A stretch of 64,000 nucleotides of DNA. It comes from Bugula neritina (Eukaryota; Animalia; Bryozoa). Made by a program: the position numbers and the translations under genes. Where the stretch lies: contig OZ037765.1 of NCBI GenBank assembly GCA_964035545.1, positions 12,410,698 through 12,474,697 of the forward strand, read 5' to 3'. Of this stretch, positions 27,217-39,722 are shown in pieces. Numbering within the stretch: the first letter of the stretch is position 1; every line of letters begins with the position of its first letter. The notes below the pieces were generated by a model, which was not told where the DNA came from, did not search any database, and was given only the letters and a program-made list of their open reading frames with translations.

Positions 27217-28456
27217 TTACAGCACATCAACATCATTGTCATTTAGAAAAAAGCAACAGCACACATGCTTTTTAAAAAAGCCCTTGACTCGCTTCTTTAT
27301 AGATCTTCTGCCTCTGCAATCTACAAAATTATAAAATAGTTTTTGCCCATTGCTATAAAGTTATACTCAGACAAAATATTCACAGTTTATTACAAATTAA
27401 AGTCGAAGTCTTTTAAAAAGTAGTGCACTTACTCTGGTCTTTCCTTCCATTCTTTACCTCTCTAGCCATTAAACATAATTGGCAATGCCCAGCGTAGCAG
27501 CCCTGAAAAATTATTTACTCATAAGTACCTTTAGGTTTTTATGTTTGCCCGTTCTGTAATACCAGAAAAATAATTTATTATGAAGAATTAACACTACATA
27601 GGACTTTATGGTTAACATACTTCTGCAAGCTGATGTTTCAAATTGGCCAATTGAGGTGGAGGCTTAGCATGTGTGACTGTGGACTTCTACAAAGGATAAA
27701 TAGTTCCCTGTTTATAGTGAAAAAAATGAATTAAATTTTTTTTTCTTGAATATAAAGCGCTGGTGGACTTCTTTAAATTAAGATATTTAATTGAAATAAA
27801 TCTATAAAAATATTATAAAGTTTTCAGATAACATAATATAATAATATGCAGAATTCGTAACCTACCTCTACAGACTCGGTAAGAAGGAGTGGTTTAGTTT
27901 GGCCCTCATTGGCCACTTCCTTCTGGGCAGTAGGATAATTACCAGATTTTAGACTAAACAGCTCTCTTGGTTTTGGAGACAAAGTCGTTTTCTCATCTTC
28001 TGTAAACACAAGGTGTGAGGTATGTTTAGGTGAAAAGTATATGGGATGACTAAAGCTACCACAGTTTTAGTTGCTTAGTAGAACTAACAAACCAACAATA
28101 ACTGTAATAATCTATTTTGAATGAATGAATCAAAATATATCTTAATTACTACATTTCAATAACATATCAACTGATTGCTGTCATAATTATGTAATATGCT
28201 TATTGAGAATCTTACCAAACTGTTCCAGAGCATCAAAATACTCTTCCACAATCTCTTCAACACAATCAAAAAACTCTTCTTCTATAGTATACACATTATG
28301 ACAGTTATAATAGAGAAGATAGGATTCGCAAAATTCACATGTAACAACAAAGTTAACAAGAAAAGTAGTGACGTTGTGCTCAACACAGTTAAAACTTTTG
28401 CATTCATAGCTGCATGCATTCCAGGAATTGTGATACAGGCAATATAATATTTGATA
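27217..28456 (-). CDS. Uncharacterised spliced protein (>=204 aa, start exon not located) with tandem FFAT-like motifs and a C-terminal basic/CCC segment
   Basis: Five exons (28216-28456, 27866-27999, 27621-27686, 27433-27502, 27217-27320), all GT-AG with matching phases (1,0,0,1), forming one open frame ending in TAA. The exon structure recurs in a paralog at ~56 kb. Confidence 0.7.
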
Positions 28457-29412
28457 CTAATACATGTGTATATATCCCTAAAATATATTATAGTGGATTA
28501 CATGAAAAAAGTTGTATAATATATTGCCCATATAAAATATTAGCACAAGTGCGTGTCTGTTAAAATAAGAACTCTCAAGCTGTCTATGGTTCGTTTGGTT
28601 ACTCAGATAAAATAGCTTCAGCGTATCAGAGTTGTCCAACTTTTATGTGGCTAGAGTCTTAGACGACAGAATATTTCAGCTATAATCTTTCTCGGACAGT
28701 TTATAGCTTTTCTACACCATTTGAAAAAATTGATTAATATACCATGATTTGAAGATTTGTGGTATTTTTGGCCTACAGCTTGTCGTTTGCAGAAACCCAG
28801 TCATCATATAATAGAGCATAAAACTTCACAGAGATAATGTAATAATGGAGCTTACATCATTCAGTATTGTACGCTGTAGAGGTAGTCCCCAGTCCCCATT
28901 TTTACACACTTGTACAAATTTTCACTTTATATTATTATATGCATTTCCTGATTATACTGCCATAGATTATATTTTAGTTTGCATAATATATAATTTATAC
29001 AGAGCTTTTAAAGTAATGCATATTAAATATTGCCTGTAGAAATATTTTTAAAAATTTAAAGTCGTACGCTGTGACTAAACTAATGTCATAAGTATAAACG
29101 CTAGCACATCAAATAGACATTATACTAATTTGTGTTCTAGTTGAATCTCAGAGAATCGTATTTCTTCATTGCAGCAATTCATCAGTTATTTAAAATACTT
29201 TAGCACAGAGTAAAAGTATATAGAAAATTGACAAGATAAAAAGTTCTTAAGCATTAGGAGCAGAATAAAATATATAAATGATTGAAATTATACTATTAAC
29301 ATTCATTTTTACAATAAATTATGCTTTACAAAAAATTGACAGAAAATGCAGGAAATCTTAGCTGTAAATATCACAAATAGTACAGCATATACGGCACTGT
29401 TTATTTACAGTT

Positions 29413-32400
29413 TCATCTTTCTGTAAAAATAACTGTGAAATTTGCTGGTGCATTCACAATAGAACATACACCATCTAGATTTGGTACGTGGCCAGTTGGT
29501 AAACTGACTTTAAACCTCTGCATGAATGTAGTGAAGAATAGACTAAGTTCCATCCTTGCTAAACCTTCACCTAGACAGGCTCTTCTTCCTGTAGAGTACA
29601 GAGAAGTTATCCTATAAGTGCTGATGGAAGAGTAACTTATTCAGCATTAGATTAAATATGAAGATAACACTTGACTCAATTATTTTATTGTGAGTTGAAA
29701 ATAAATGGACTAGATAGGTTTGCTGAGTACCAAAAGGTTCACATATTATGCTTTCAGGTGAATAAGAAATGTACATCTGTCTACACCAGCTACATCATAG
29801 TTTATTATTTATTAGACAACAAATAATTAGATACAGCAGTTTCAACCAAGAATAGTTTAGGAAGATGATTCAAATAAATATAAACAAGTTAGTTAATGTA
29901 GAATAAATATCACCCTTTATGTTTTGTGCGCATGTTTTCAGACTATAATATGGCGAGATAAAATAATATACTTACAATAGCTGAAATATAACACAGTGGG
30001 AAGATTCTCAGTCTATAATAACAAGTACTTTCATACTAAAAATATTTACCAGTTCCAAAAGCAAGTGTTCTAGTTTTCTTCAAAGTCACATCTCCATTCA
30101 AGTATCTCCCAGGTTTAAACTTGTTGGGTTCCTCAAAGACCTTCTCATCCCACAGCATGGAGGCCATATTTATCATTAGTTCACAACCAGCAGGTAATGT
30201 CTGCAAAATTACAATCAAATGTATCTTTTTGGAACTGCTTTCAACACAAGCACTGAATATATGGAGTACTGTTTCACTATCAATTTTACGCCAATTATTG
30301 TTAGAAGAAATATCACTTTCACCAATTTAGGTGCAGCAATTCTAGCTTCAACCGTATCAACAGTAGGATGAAGTTGATGTTTATACGATGACTACATCAC
30401 ACACCTGTCAGTGTTAAAATACTTTCAAAAATTGATCATGGGTTTATGGCCAAATCATCTCTTACCGGCTAATAAATTGCCAATCCAGATTCTATAAGCA
30501 ATCACAGTAATTTAGGGTGACTGTTGCTGTTGTTAGTACCATATTATAGTTTTTTCCTAACTGAAAGTGAAAGATCTAATTAAGCAATAATAATAAAGTT
30601 ACAAGCAAAGGTGAAATAATGTTTTTTACATTATTTAATAACTTACTATTAAGTTTTTTGGATTTTTATTTTCAAGTTAAGACTGTTACAAAAGTTATAA
30701 TGTTGATGGATATCCATGTTATAATGTCTAATTAGTGCAGGCATAAGCAATGGGGCCTAACGAATAAACGAGGTCATAAAAACTAATATTGATGACATAA
30801 GTGCAAGTAGTGACGAATGACTAAAAGAGTTAGCAATGTCATAAGAAAAGTCAATAGTGGGATAATAGAAATTATCAGAATAGCATCTGTTCCACATACA
30901 ATTCAACATATCATTTTCACAGCCCCTGACACTATAAACTTACTGATTACAGAGAACTGAGTAGAATATCTAACAATCCTTACCTTACCATCAATAGTAT
31001 ACTCTCCCTCCAATGTGTGTGGCAATGCCATAGGTGCAATATTTCCCAACCTAAGGGTTTCTAGAATTACAGCCTCTGTGTATGGGAGGGTGAATCGGTC
31101 TTGATATCTCACTTCATTAGTTCCTTCAAACAAAATAACAGTGAAAAGCTTCAACTAATATGCAGGATCTTAATTTATAATATTTATAGTTAGTTATCAA
31201 AAGTTTACCAATTTGATTTAGGAGAACTTAACTGGCTAACCTAAGACATTGTCTATTTCTTCCTGAACTTTGACCTGTACATCTGGGTGTGCACACATAT
31301 AAAGCATGGCCCATGTTAGTGCTGTTGATGTAGTCTCTGTACCGGCAGCATACAGATTTAACATTGTAATCCCAGCATTCCCATCTGCAACATTCAGACA
31401 AAGAAATGTTTTAATTATTTAGTTATGCAATAATCGAACTATGATTTGAGCACTTACCCTACATGATGCACAAACAAAAATAGTTAAATATTTTTACTGA
31501 CAGTATCTATGCTTATGCTTGTATGTTTTACATAACCAGAGTTTGTCTGATAGACTTGTTTATGTTCTGTAAATCAATGGATATATCCCTATCTAGCTAT
31601 TTGGCATTAGACATCATCCACAAGTATGCCGAGTATAAATAATAAGTTTGTCATCACAACATCTTACAAACTAATCCATCATCTCACCATTGAACTTTGA
31701 CTGTTTTTCAAACTCATATTTTGCCATCAAAGTAATTCTAATCTTCTAATAATACAATGCAACGTTGATGATAGCTGATTCGTTTCAAAAGTAGCTTATG
31801 GTTATTAAATGGTATGAGAGAAAACCTATGCAAAACGGTTAACGAAAGTAATTCTGGTTAAGAAATACACAGTTTCCATATAAACTAGTGATTCAGAGAC
31901 AGACCGGTGAACAAGTTTTCATCATCTTTCTTCTCCTGAGCGTGGTATAGAAACTTGTCAATGTAAGTCACCAGGTTGTTTGGATTCAAATTAGCCTTGT
32001 GAGCTTCAACCTCCTTCATGATCTCTGGGATAGTCACTTCTCCAGCTTTTATATCAGCCTTTACTCCTAAACACCAACGGTCTTATGAAATTATAGTATA
32101 GTTCAGTATTAAATATGCATGTAAAATATACTAATATATATTGTATATACAGGAAGTTAAAGCAAACATGCAATATGCATTTTCAACACTCTAAAGTCTA
32201 ACCTGTGTATTTACTGCAAATAAAAAACATTAATTTCTCTGCCTCAATTGAAAGAACCTAGTTCTTGTCTTGCTTTATTAAAACTATATTTCAACAAAAA
32301 CTTGCTTACAAAGATTGCAGACATAAAAAATGAAAATTACCAGAATAAACAAGATTTTTAAATCCATTTTAAACCAACCAACACTTTAAACTCACCAGTG

Positions 32401-32790
32401 AAATCACCAGGAAAGTATGCCGCAAATGGAATATTCCGTGCTATGGCTGCCTTTGTAGCCGACTTCATTGAAATTCTGAACTGTCTCATCCAGTGTAGGA
32501 AATTAGCATCTGTGTAGTCTTTTCTGTGACCGTGTATCATGGAACTCATCACATTAGCTGTAGCCAGCATGATGCTGTCAGACAAGTTTATTGGTTGGCC
32601 TACATGAGGTGTGATAAAGTGGTCAATGTAAGCGTGTATTTCATGCATTATACGTGGCTCCAGATGAGATTTACCCATTCCTTCTTCTCGCAGTGTGCTT
32701 AGAGCAAATGATCTCAATGTTTTCCAATGTGGATATTTTGCCCAAAATATTCCTGTAAAACATAATAATTGTTGTAGTTCCTCAATACAG

Positions 32791-32857
<67 letters not shown>

Positions 32858-32894
32858 AATCTGTGGACAGCAGCTGTTTCGGGGTTTGTCCTCT

Positions 32895-32989
<95 letters not shown>

Positions 32990-34088
32990 CTAACAGTACC
33001 AGTATGCATCGTTGCTGTGGTAAACTACAGCTTAACAGACTCATTTTTATCATTTACGTAAGTAAGTAAACTTGCAATAAAATGTATTCCTTACCAGGGG
33101 TTACCTCTGCTAATTTAGAATAAGTTTCTGGCATGGAGTCAGTTTTTCTGTTGCTTGAAATATTTGCATGTTTACTAAAAAGTTCTTGAACAATCTCATA
33201 ACCACATATAACCACTCTCTTGACGCCTCCAAGCTCAATGGTGAAGACCTGGAATTATTCAGATACCATTATTAAATAATAATATGTTAATATTTCCTGC
33301 TTACAACCTTCTGCTACATTCACAATACAACTTTTCTAGTGTGATCCAGAAAAAATGATAATATAATTATTATTTTATACTAATAACTATTTGCTACATG
33401 CTATAAACAAATCTAGTATGGATAATACTAGTACCATGATTACACACATGTTTTGTTATAGTTGATACAGTTTTTAGCCCTCTCTAGTACTTAGAAACTT
33501 GGTGATACAAAATTTAGCCCCAGCAACATCTAGTTGTGTTTTAAACTGTTTGTAAATGAGACAAAGAGCAAGCTAGCTGTCACTATTATAGCATAACTTC
33601 AATATTTTCACAGCCAATTTTCCCTTCTGTATTGTTAATATGCTCAGTAGTTTATTTTCAGTTTAGTACAACTTGTACATGAGTTTACTGAAAATAAAAA
33701 AATCTGTAACCCCTGAGGCTACATGTGGCATATAGTACCAAAAACCGAGATCCTACTAATGCCAAAGACCACAGACTAAACACTAATCAAGAGATGATTA
33801 CAATTAATGCTTTTGAATGTTTAGTTTTTAGAAAATTCATCATATATAAGCTCAACTCACATTTCCATACTTCTTACGACTATCTTCTAAAAAGTATATC
33901 ATATTCATATCTTTGGCCATAAGAAGTTGAGGAAGATTTCCGAGTATAGGAATAGTAGGAGGTCCACGTGGGTAGCGCTGTTTAGTACTAGTTCTAGCAT
34001 AGAAGTAGTATGTCAGTATAAGAGTCACTATAACCAGTCCTAGTGTAGACAGGTCTTGTGATGACAAAGTAGTGATAACTGTGCCCAT
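29413..34088 (-). CDS. Cytochrome P450, CYP2 clan, microsomal; 8 coding exons
   Basis: TM anchor + [12 protein letters not shown]; WKTLR; [10 protein letters not shown]; ETLR; FKPGRYL (PERF region); [10 protein letters not shown] heme motif. Exons ~33860-34088, 33095-33249, 32396-32752, 31905-32066, 31240-31385, 30984-31122, 30050-30201, 29413-29588. Confidence 0.93.
32854..32900 (-). ncRNA. 5'-truncated copy of the 19927 hammerhead element between two (TA)n tracts
   Basis: Reverse complement ATGATGA-GAGG-ACAAA-CCCC-GAAA-CAGCTGCTG-TC-CACAGATTGAGA is near-identical to 19933-19978; C3 and the 5' strand of stem I are missing. Confidence 0.85.
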
Positions 34089-34879
34089 TTTAGTTGTCTT
34101 ACTTCCTCTATGGAAAAAATACCTGCAGGGACATGAAAAGAGTCATTAAGTTATATTAGACCTGGTTTAATTCACATATACTTGCATATTTTCTTTTAAA
34201 AATTACATTTCAAAAGCACACAAAGTAGTAGCAATTTCGAAATTAAAAAATGACATTCAATTAAAGCCAACACCAAAAGAATCTCTTGGTGTCATGTTGC
34301 TAGAAATTGTGGCCGGAAAAGAATTCATCCACCAAACCACAATTTTGTGCTCAATATTTGTACGATGTAATAAATGAGTTTCAACTTGAATTGTCAAGTA
34401 TTAATAACAGGCAACTTCTGATGCTATAACAATGTACAGGAACTGAGTATCAGAATCTTGCACACTTCTTAATAGACTTACAGAACAAAAGTCTCCTTAG
34501 TATACTATTAGCTATCAAAAGCAGTTACTTAGTATGTATATACTACATCTAATAGAACTACTATCTAAACTCTAGAACATCTAGTTTTACAATTGCCACA
34601 TACTCATAGTGATAGTAAGCACGACTGTATGAGTATATCATAATGATAGCATGATAGCCATTGTTAAGTTTTCCACCATTACCAGATATTGCCATTTTGC
34701 TAGCTTCAATTTCGAGATGCATAACTACAATCCATAAATGACTAATATAGTATAAATTACATGTTTTTATGTTTTCACATTCCCTTGCTCTTAGTTGTTG
34801 TTAAGCCACTCATAAAGTTTGACGGTTGCTGACTTTATCTTACTTTAGACGAATAACTCACTAACTGTTTATAATATAG

Positions 34880-35200
34880 TGTAGATTATAATAGTGTAAT
34901 CTATAATGTGTAGTGTATAACAGTGTGTGCACTGTATAAAAGTGTAGTGTATAAACTGTAATAGTATAGTATATATTATATAATGTCAATGTGTAGTGTA
35001 TATTAATGCAGTGTATTATGTGTAGTGTATAATGTGTAGTGTATTATGTGTAGTGTATAATAATAATAATAATAATAATAATGTATAATGTGAAGGGTAT
35101 AATAATAGTAGTGTAGTGTGTTAAATATTATGTGTAAAGTATTACTTAATTATAATAATTACTATTAATAGAGTTTAAAAGGGTATAATGTGTGTAGTGC
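34880..35200. repeat. Degenerate ~14-bp minisatellite (AATGTGTAGTGTAT)n with an (AAT)n insert
   Basis: Repeated GTGTAGTGTAT units are visible. Confidence 0.75.
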
Positions 35201-37884
35201 AGTGAATAACTTTGTCTCGCTATGACTATGAGTATGATCACAGAATATTAGCCTACTATGAGTATGACATTGACTATCACGATGACTATGCATAGGTGGC
35301 AAACCCGATTTTAGACTGCAATTTCAGCACAGCAACTTCACATTCAGTGCAGTAGTTGCACTAACTATACTTACAGTTACTAGCGTGGTTGATCAGTCTT
35401 TACAAATTGATATTCTTATTGACTTACTGACCCCTACAATCACAATCACAATGAATTGTGCGCCGATAAGCTTGACAAACCGCTACTGCGATGATCCTTG
35501 TTTACCACTCCCACTTCACTCCTTTCAGATCTTTGTGTGCAGCAACAGAGGAATTTTAACAGCCGAGTTCATTAATTGTCTAATTTACCAATAATGAGAA
35601 CATGACATATTTTGCTATATTTTTCATTTATAGAACACACTTTTATCCACCACCTACCTCCATGCATGGCTTGCGTGTTCTCTAGGGTTGATTATAGGTC
35701 ATAGGTCACACAAAGCTCACCTAATAAAAGTTACCCCTAAATACAAAGAAAGGAGAAAACAACTTCTTGAACATAACTTCTCCCATTAATTAACACCATA
35801 ATTATTATATTATTGAACTGAGCAAATATATTTGGTAGCAATTATAAGAAAGCATCTAGAATTCAACATATACCTACAATTCTAATAAAATAAACAGCTC
35901 TACCACACACACTAACACTTATACGTTCCCATGTTTCGTATTACAATAGATTTTTATTCTAATCGCATAAGAATAAATTCTATTTGTGTAGACTTGCTCA
36001 CAACTATTACTTAGCATTTCACCTGATAAGCTAGTGCGATTTTAACATTTAAAATTACGAAACTTGTAGTAAGATAATGTTTTATCTTAAACCTGACTAC
36101 ATGCACACACGTAGCACACGCAGAACATTCACACGTAGGGTGTCATCTGTAGTCAGACTGACTGATGAAGGCTGCTACTGTTTACTGTTCATTCAATTTG
36201 AGGTTTATTCTAAAAAAAGTTACTGTTTTATTTCAACTAGACCATGCCTTGACTAGAGAGGCATAGATGTAACACATGACAATGTTTCTTACTAAATTCA
36301 ATGTTATTAATAAACTATTTTGCTGTATTCGATGTATAATAATGTATAATATACTATATGCCTTTTTTACTACACAAACTACTTTGAGTCATTCCCCTTC
36401 TGACATTGCGCTCAGAAACTTAATCTCCAATATATTATTGAATTCTGTGCCAAGAAAGATAAAACATCTGTTTTCACCAACCCTGATTTCCTATTCAAAC
36501 TCTTATTTCAGGGCGTCTTAAATATTCTAGTAATCCATGAAAACTTTTAACATTATTAAAGTTTATTTAATGTAGGTTATTTTAAATAGTTTTTAAATTA
36601 ACATTACACTGTGCAGATAAATTTAGCTTTAATTTATATTTTAAATTGTTGTATTGTTGAAATGTTATGAAGCATCAGTGTGTGTATAACTGCCAGTTTT
36701 GAAAATATACAATACCAACTCACTCGACTAATTTAATGAGCCAACAACTGATTGGGAAACTAGGTAAGTTTATCCTTAAATAAGAAGTCATTCAATTGAG
36801 ATAATTTATATTCTCTTTAACTTATGGAATATCAGTAAATCATACTATACTAAAATTAGCACTAGCTCTAGCTTGACTTACTTTGAGATAATAATAAAGT
36901 TTACAGTTCAGCAGAGTTATTAATTAGTCTTAGAGCCTAGGCCCTAGAGGGTATGTTGTAAAAATCGAGAATGAAAAGTTTACCTGTGAATAAGTAAAAC
37001 CGATTATGATTTGCAAAGTGAAAACTTTTCTGTAGGTACAGTAGGTACTGTGGTCGGTATTCTCTCATACATAATATCATAAAGCTTAAAATAAAAATTT
37101 ACAACTGCAGACTTAATCTGAAAATAAACCAGCTGCACTTTAAATAATAATTTTTGTCAGGCTAGCACATTAAAAACAGTTTTGAACTAATTTACGTTAT
37201 GTAATGTTATACTGCTTATATACAAATATCTACATGCACTGTTTCGAAAATCTAGTATTTTGCTTAATATGGCATCTGATATATAATTATCTTCAAGATC
37301 CAATCTAGTGGTGAATAAATTACCACTGGTGCGTTCTAAATAGTGTAATAATATTTAGGAAAACACAGTTTCAAAGTAATTGAAAAGTCTGATAAGAGAT
37401 TGAATGGCGTTGTGAATTATATGTGACCTATGATCTCTAAAGGAGTCTAGTGCAATGAATTGGAAAATTACTTATTATTACTAGCTCATCCAATGGAGCG
37501 GTAAATAAATTATAGGTGAAACGGCTACAATCCCAAATATACCCTTCCCAGTTAGACGCTATTTTTTATCTTGTGTCACAATAATTATATAGTAATATAC
37601 CTATATAACTGTCGTATTGATTGCTAAATAGCTAAATGCTAATAGCCATAGTAGCTAAATGAATTATTCGACATAATATTTTATGTGGGACAAAAAACAG
37701 TTATATTAATAAACATTATCTTTGATTAATGAATACTTATTAACAAAACATCTGTTCAAACAAGAAGCAAAAAATATGTAAAATAATTATGTTAATGCAG
37801 ATGAAAGGAACTTATTTATGTGCCCAATACGTGCTTAATTTAAATATACATATATTTAAATAATATTTAAGTAAGTTGCACATA

Positions 37885-37966
<82 letters not shown>

Positions 37967-38044
37967 TTACGAGCTAGCAGTTTGATTATAAATAAGTATA
38001 CGAGAAACATTGTTGATTTATTACTTCATTAGGTAAAGTAATTA

Positions 38045-38084
38045 TACTGATATTTCGGGTACCACTGTACCCATCTTCAGAGTA
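38045..38084 (-). ncRNA. Minimal hammerhead ribozyme, inverted pLTR copy
   Basis: Reverse complement of 39535-39574. Confidence 0.75.
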
Positions 38085-38605
38085 GCAATGAATGGAATTC
38101 AAAAATTATTACGTTACGTGAGACACTATGCATGACACAAAGAATAGAGAGTGGCAGTTATTGTAAATTATTGAAACTGAGGGAGATAATCTTAATTTAT
38201 ATATTACGCATGTCAAAAATTATACTGATTTTTTACATAAAAAAAAAAATTAGAGTTGACAAAAAATAGATATCCAAACATATAAAAAAAACAGCAAGGA
38301 TTAGTGAAACTATGTGAGAGTTGAGTAGAGTAGAGCTTATTGGTATAGTTTTAGTGGTATGGAGTAATTTTGTTTATTAAGTTGCGGTTTTATTTGTTTA
38401 ATGTAGAGAGCTTCGGCTATATATACTTTTCGATGGTGGATTCTTTTAAATGAATGATTTAGAACTGTTACATTGTCTATTGATATGTTTCCGTGTTTAG
38501 TGGTGGAGATGTGTTGATAAATTTTGGAATTGATGTCATGGCAGTATTCCGCAAGCCAACACATAACGATATATATTTACATTGGAACTCTTTCTCACTT
38601 AAAAC

Positions 38606-39274
38606 ATGGAAGCTAAGCACACTAAAGTCACTATAGTATTAAGAGCTAATAAAATCTGTTCTACTCCAGCACTTAAGACCCAAGAACTAAACTATATCCG
38701 AAATGTTTTTGAACATAAAAATGGTTACCCTAAATATGTAATAGAGAAAACTATTAAGAACATTGGTGACGGACTACTCAGTGGAAAAGACAACAGGAAA
38801 CACATTTTACTCCAACTGCCTTATAAAGGAGTAACAGGAGAAAAACTTATCCGCTCCCTCAATAAATTAATTACAGACTCTTTTCCAAATGAACTCAATG
38901 CACGGATTTTATTTAAAAGAACCCCCTTAAGTTCACATTTTAATCTCAAAGATAAAACCAATAAAGAACACATACACAACCTAGTCTACAAAATAACCTG
39001 CCTTGAAGCTACCTGTCAACAGACATATGTAGGCGAAACAGGACGTCGCCTATCACACAGGATACATGAACACTGCCATGACATCAATTCCAAAATTTAT
39101 CAACACATCTCCACCACTAAACACGGAAACATATCAATAGACAATGTAACAGTTCTAAATCATTCATTTAAAGGAATCCACCATCGAAAAGTAGCCGAAG
39201 CTCTCTACATTAAACAAATAAAACCGCAACTTAATAAACAAAATTACTCCATACTACTAAAACTATACCAATAA
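38606..39274 (+). CDS. PLE C-terminal fragment: RT thumb/linker + GIY-YIG endonuclease
   Basis: NLVYKITC...C...YVGETGRRL..RIHEH...EALYIK..KPQLN. Confidence 0.85.
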   Translation: MEAKHTKVTIVLRANKICSTPALKTQELNYIRNVFEHKNGYPKYVIEKTIKNIGDGLLSGKDNRKHILLQLPYKGVTGEKLIRSLNKLITDSFPNELNARILFKRTPLSSHFNLKDKTNKEHIHNLVYKITCLEATCQQTYVGETGRRLSHRIHEHCHDINSKIYQHISTTKHGNISIDNVTVLNHSFKGIHHRKVAEALYIKQIKPQLNKQNYSILLKLYQ

Positions 39275-39534
39275 GCTCCACACTACTCAACTCTCACATA
39301 GTTTCACTAATCCTTGCTGGTTTTTTTTATATTTGGATATCTATTTTTTGTCAACTCTAATTATTATTATTTTTTTTTATGCAAAAAATCAGTATAATTT
39401 TTGACATGCGTAATATATAAATTAAGATTATCTCCCGATCAGTTTCAATAATTTACAATAACTGCTACTCTCTATTCTTTGTGTCATGCATAGTGTCTAA
39501 CGTAACGTAATAATTTTTGAATTTCATTTATTGC

Positions 39535-39574
39535 TACTCTGAAGATGGGTACAGTGGTACCCGAAATATCAGTA
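39535..39574 (+). ncRNA. Minimal type I hammerhead ribozyme in the PLE pseudo-LTR
   Basis: TACT-CTGAAGA-T-GGGTAC-AGTG-GTACCC-GAAA-TA-TC-AGTA: stem I TACT/AGTA, 6-bp stem II, vestigial palindromic stem III (ATAT). Confidence 0.78.
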
Positions 39575-39626
39575 TAATTACTTTACCTAATAAAGTAATA
39601 AATCAACAATGTTTCTCGTATACTTA

Positions 39627-39722
<96 letters not shown>

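Larger units (their letters stand above)
37965..39629 (+). mobile_element. 5'-truncated Penelope-like element with inverted pseudo-LTR, inside (TA)n
   Basis: 38550-39629 (+) encodes RKPT...YLHWNS, LPYKG and a GIY-YIG domain. 37985-38549 is a highly similar reverse-complement copy of ~39066-39629. Confidence 0.9.

Noticed and set aside
28281-28406. Minus-strand 41-aa hydrophobic ORF (MNAKVLTVL...) resembling a signal peptide
   Set aside because: Stops before the donor and is out of frame with the downstream exons; hydrophobic ORFs arise easily in T-rich DNA. A uORF is not excluded.
31688-31745. Extra P450 mini-exon with a good donor
   Set aside because: Both candidate acceptors give in-frame stops, and the flanking exons join in frame without it.
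32695-33061. ORFs with YIYIYI runs (also at 39517, 50264-50555, 59575)
   Set aside because: Translations of (TA)n microsatellites.
36150-36190. CTGATGAAG as another hammerhead core
   Set aside because: No stem II followed by GAAA, and no stem I partner.
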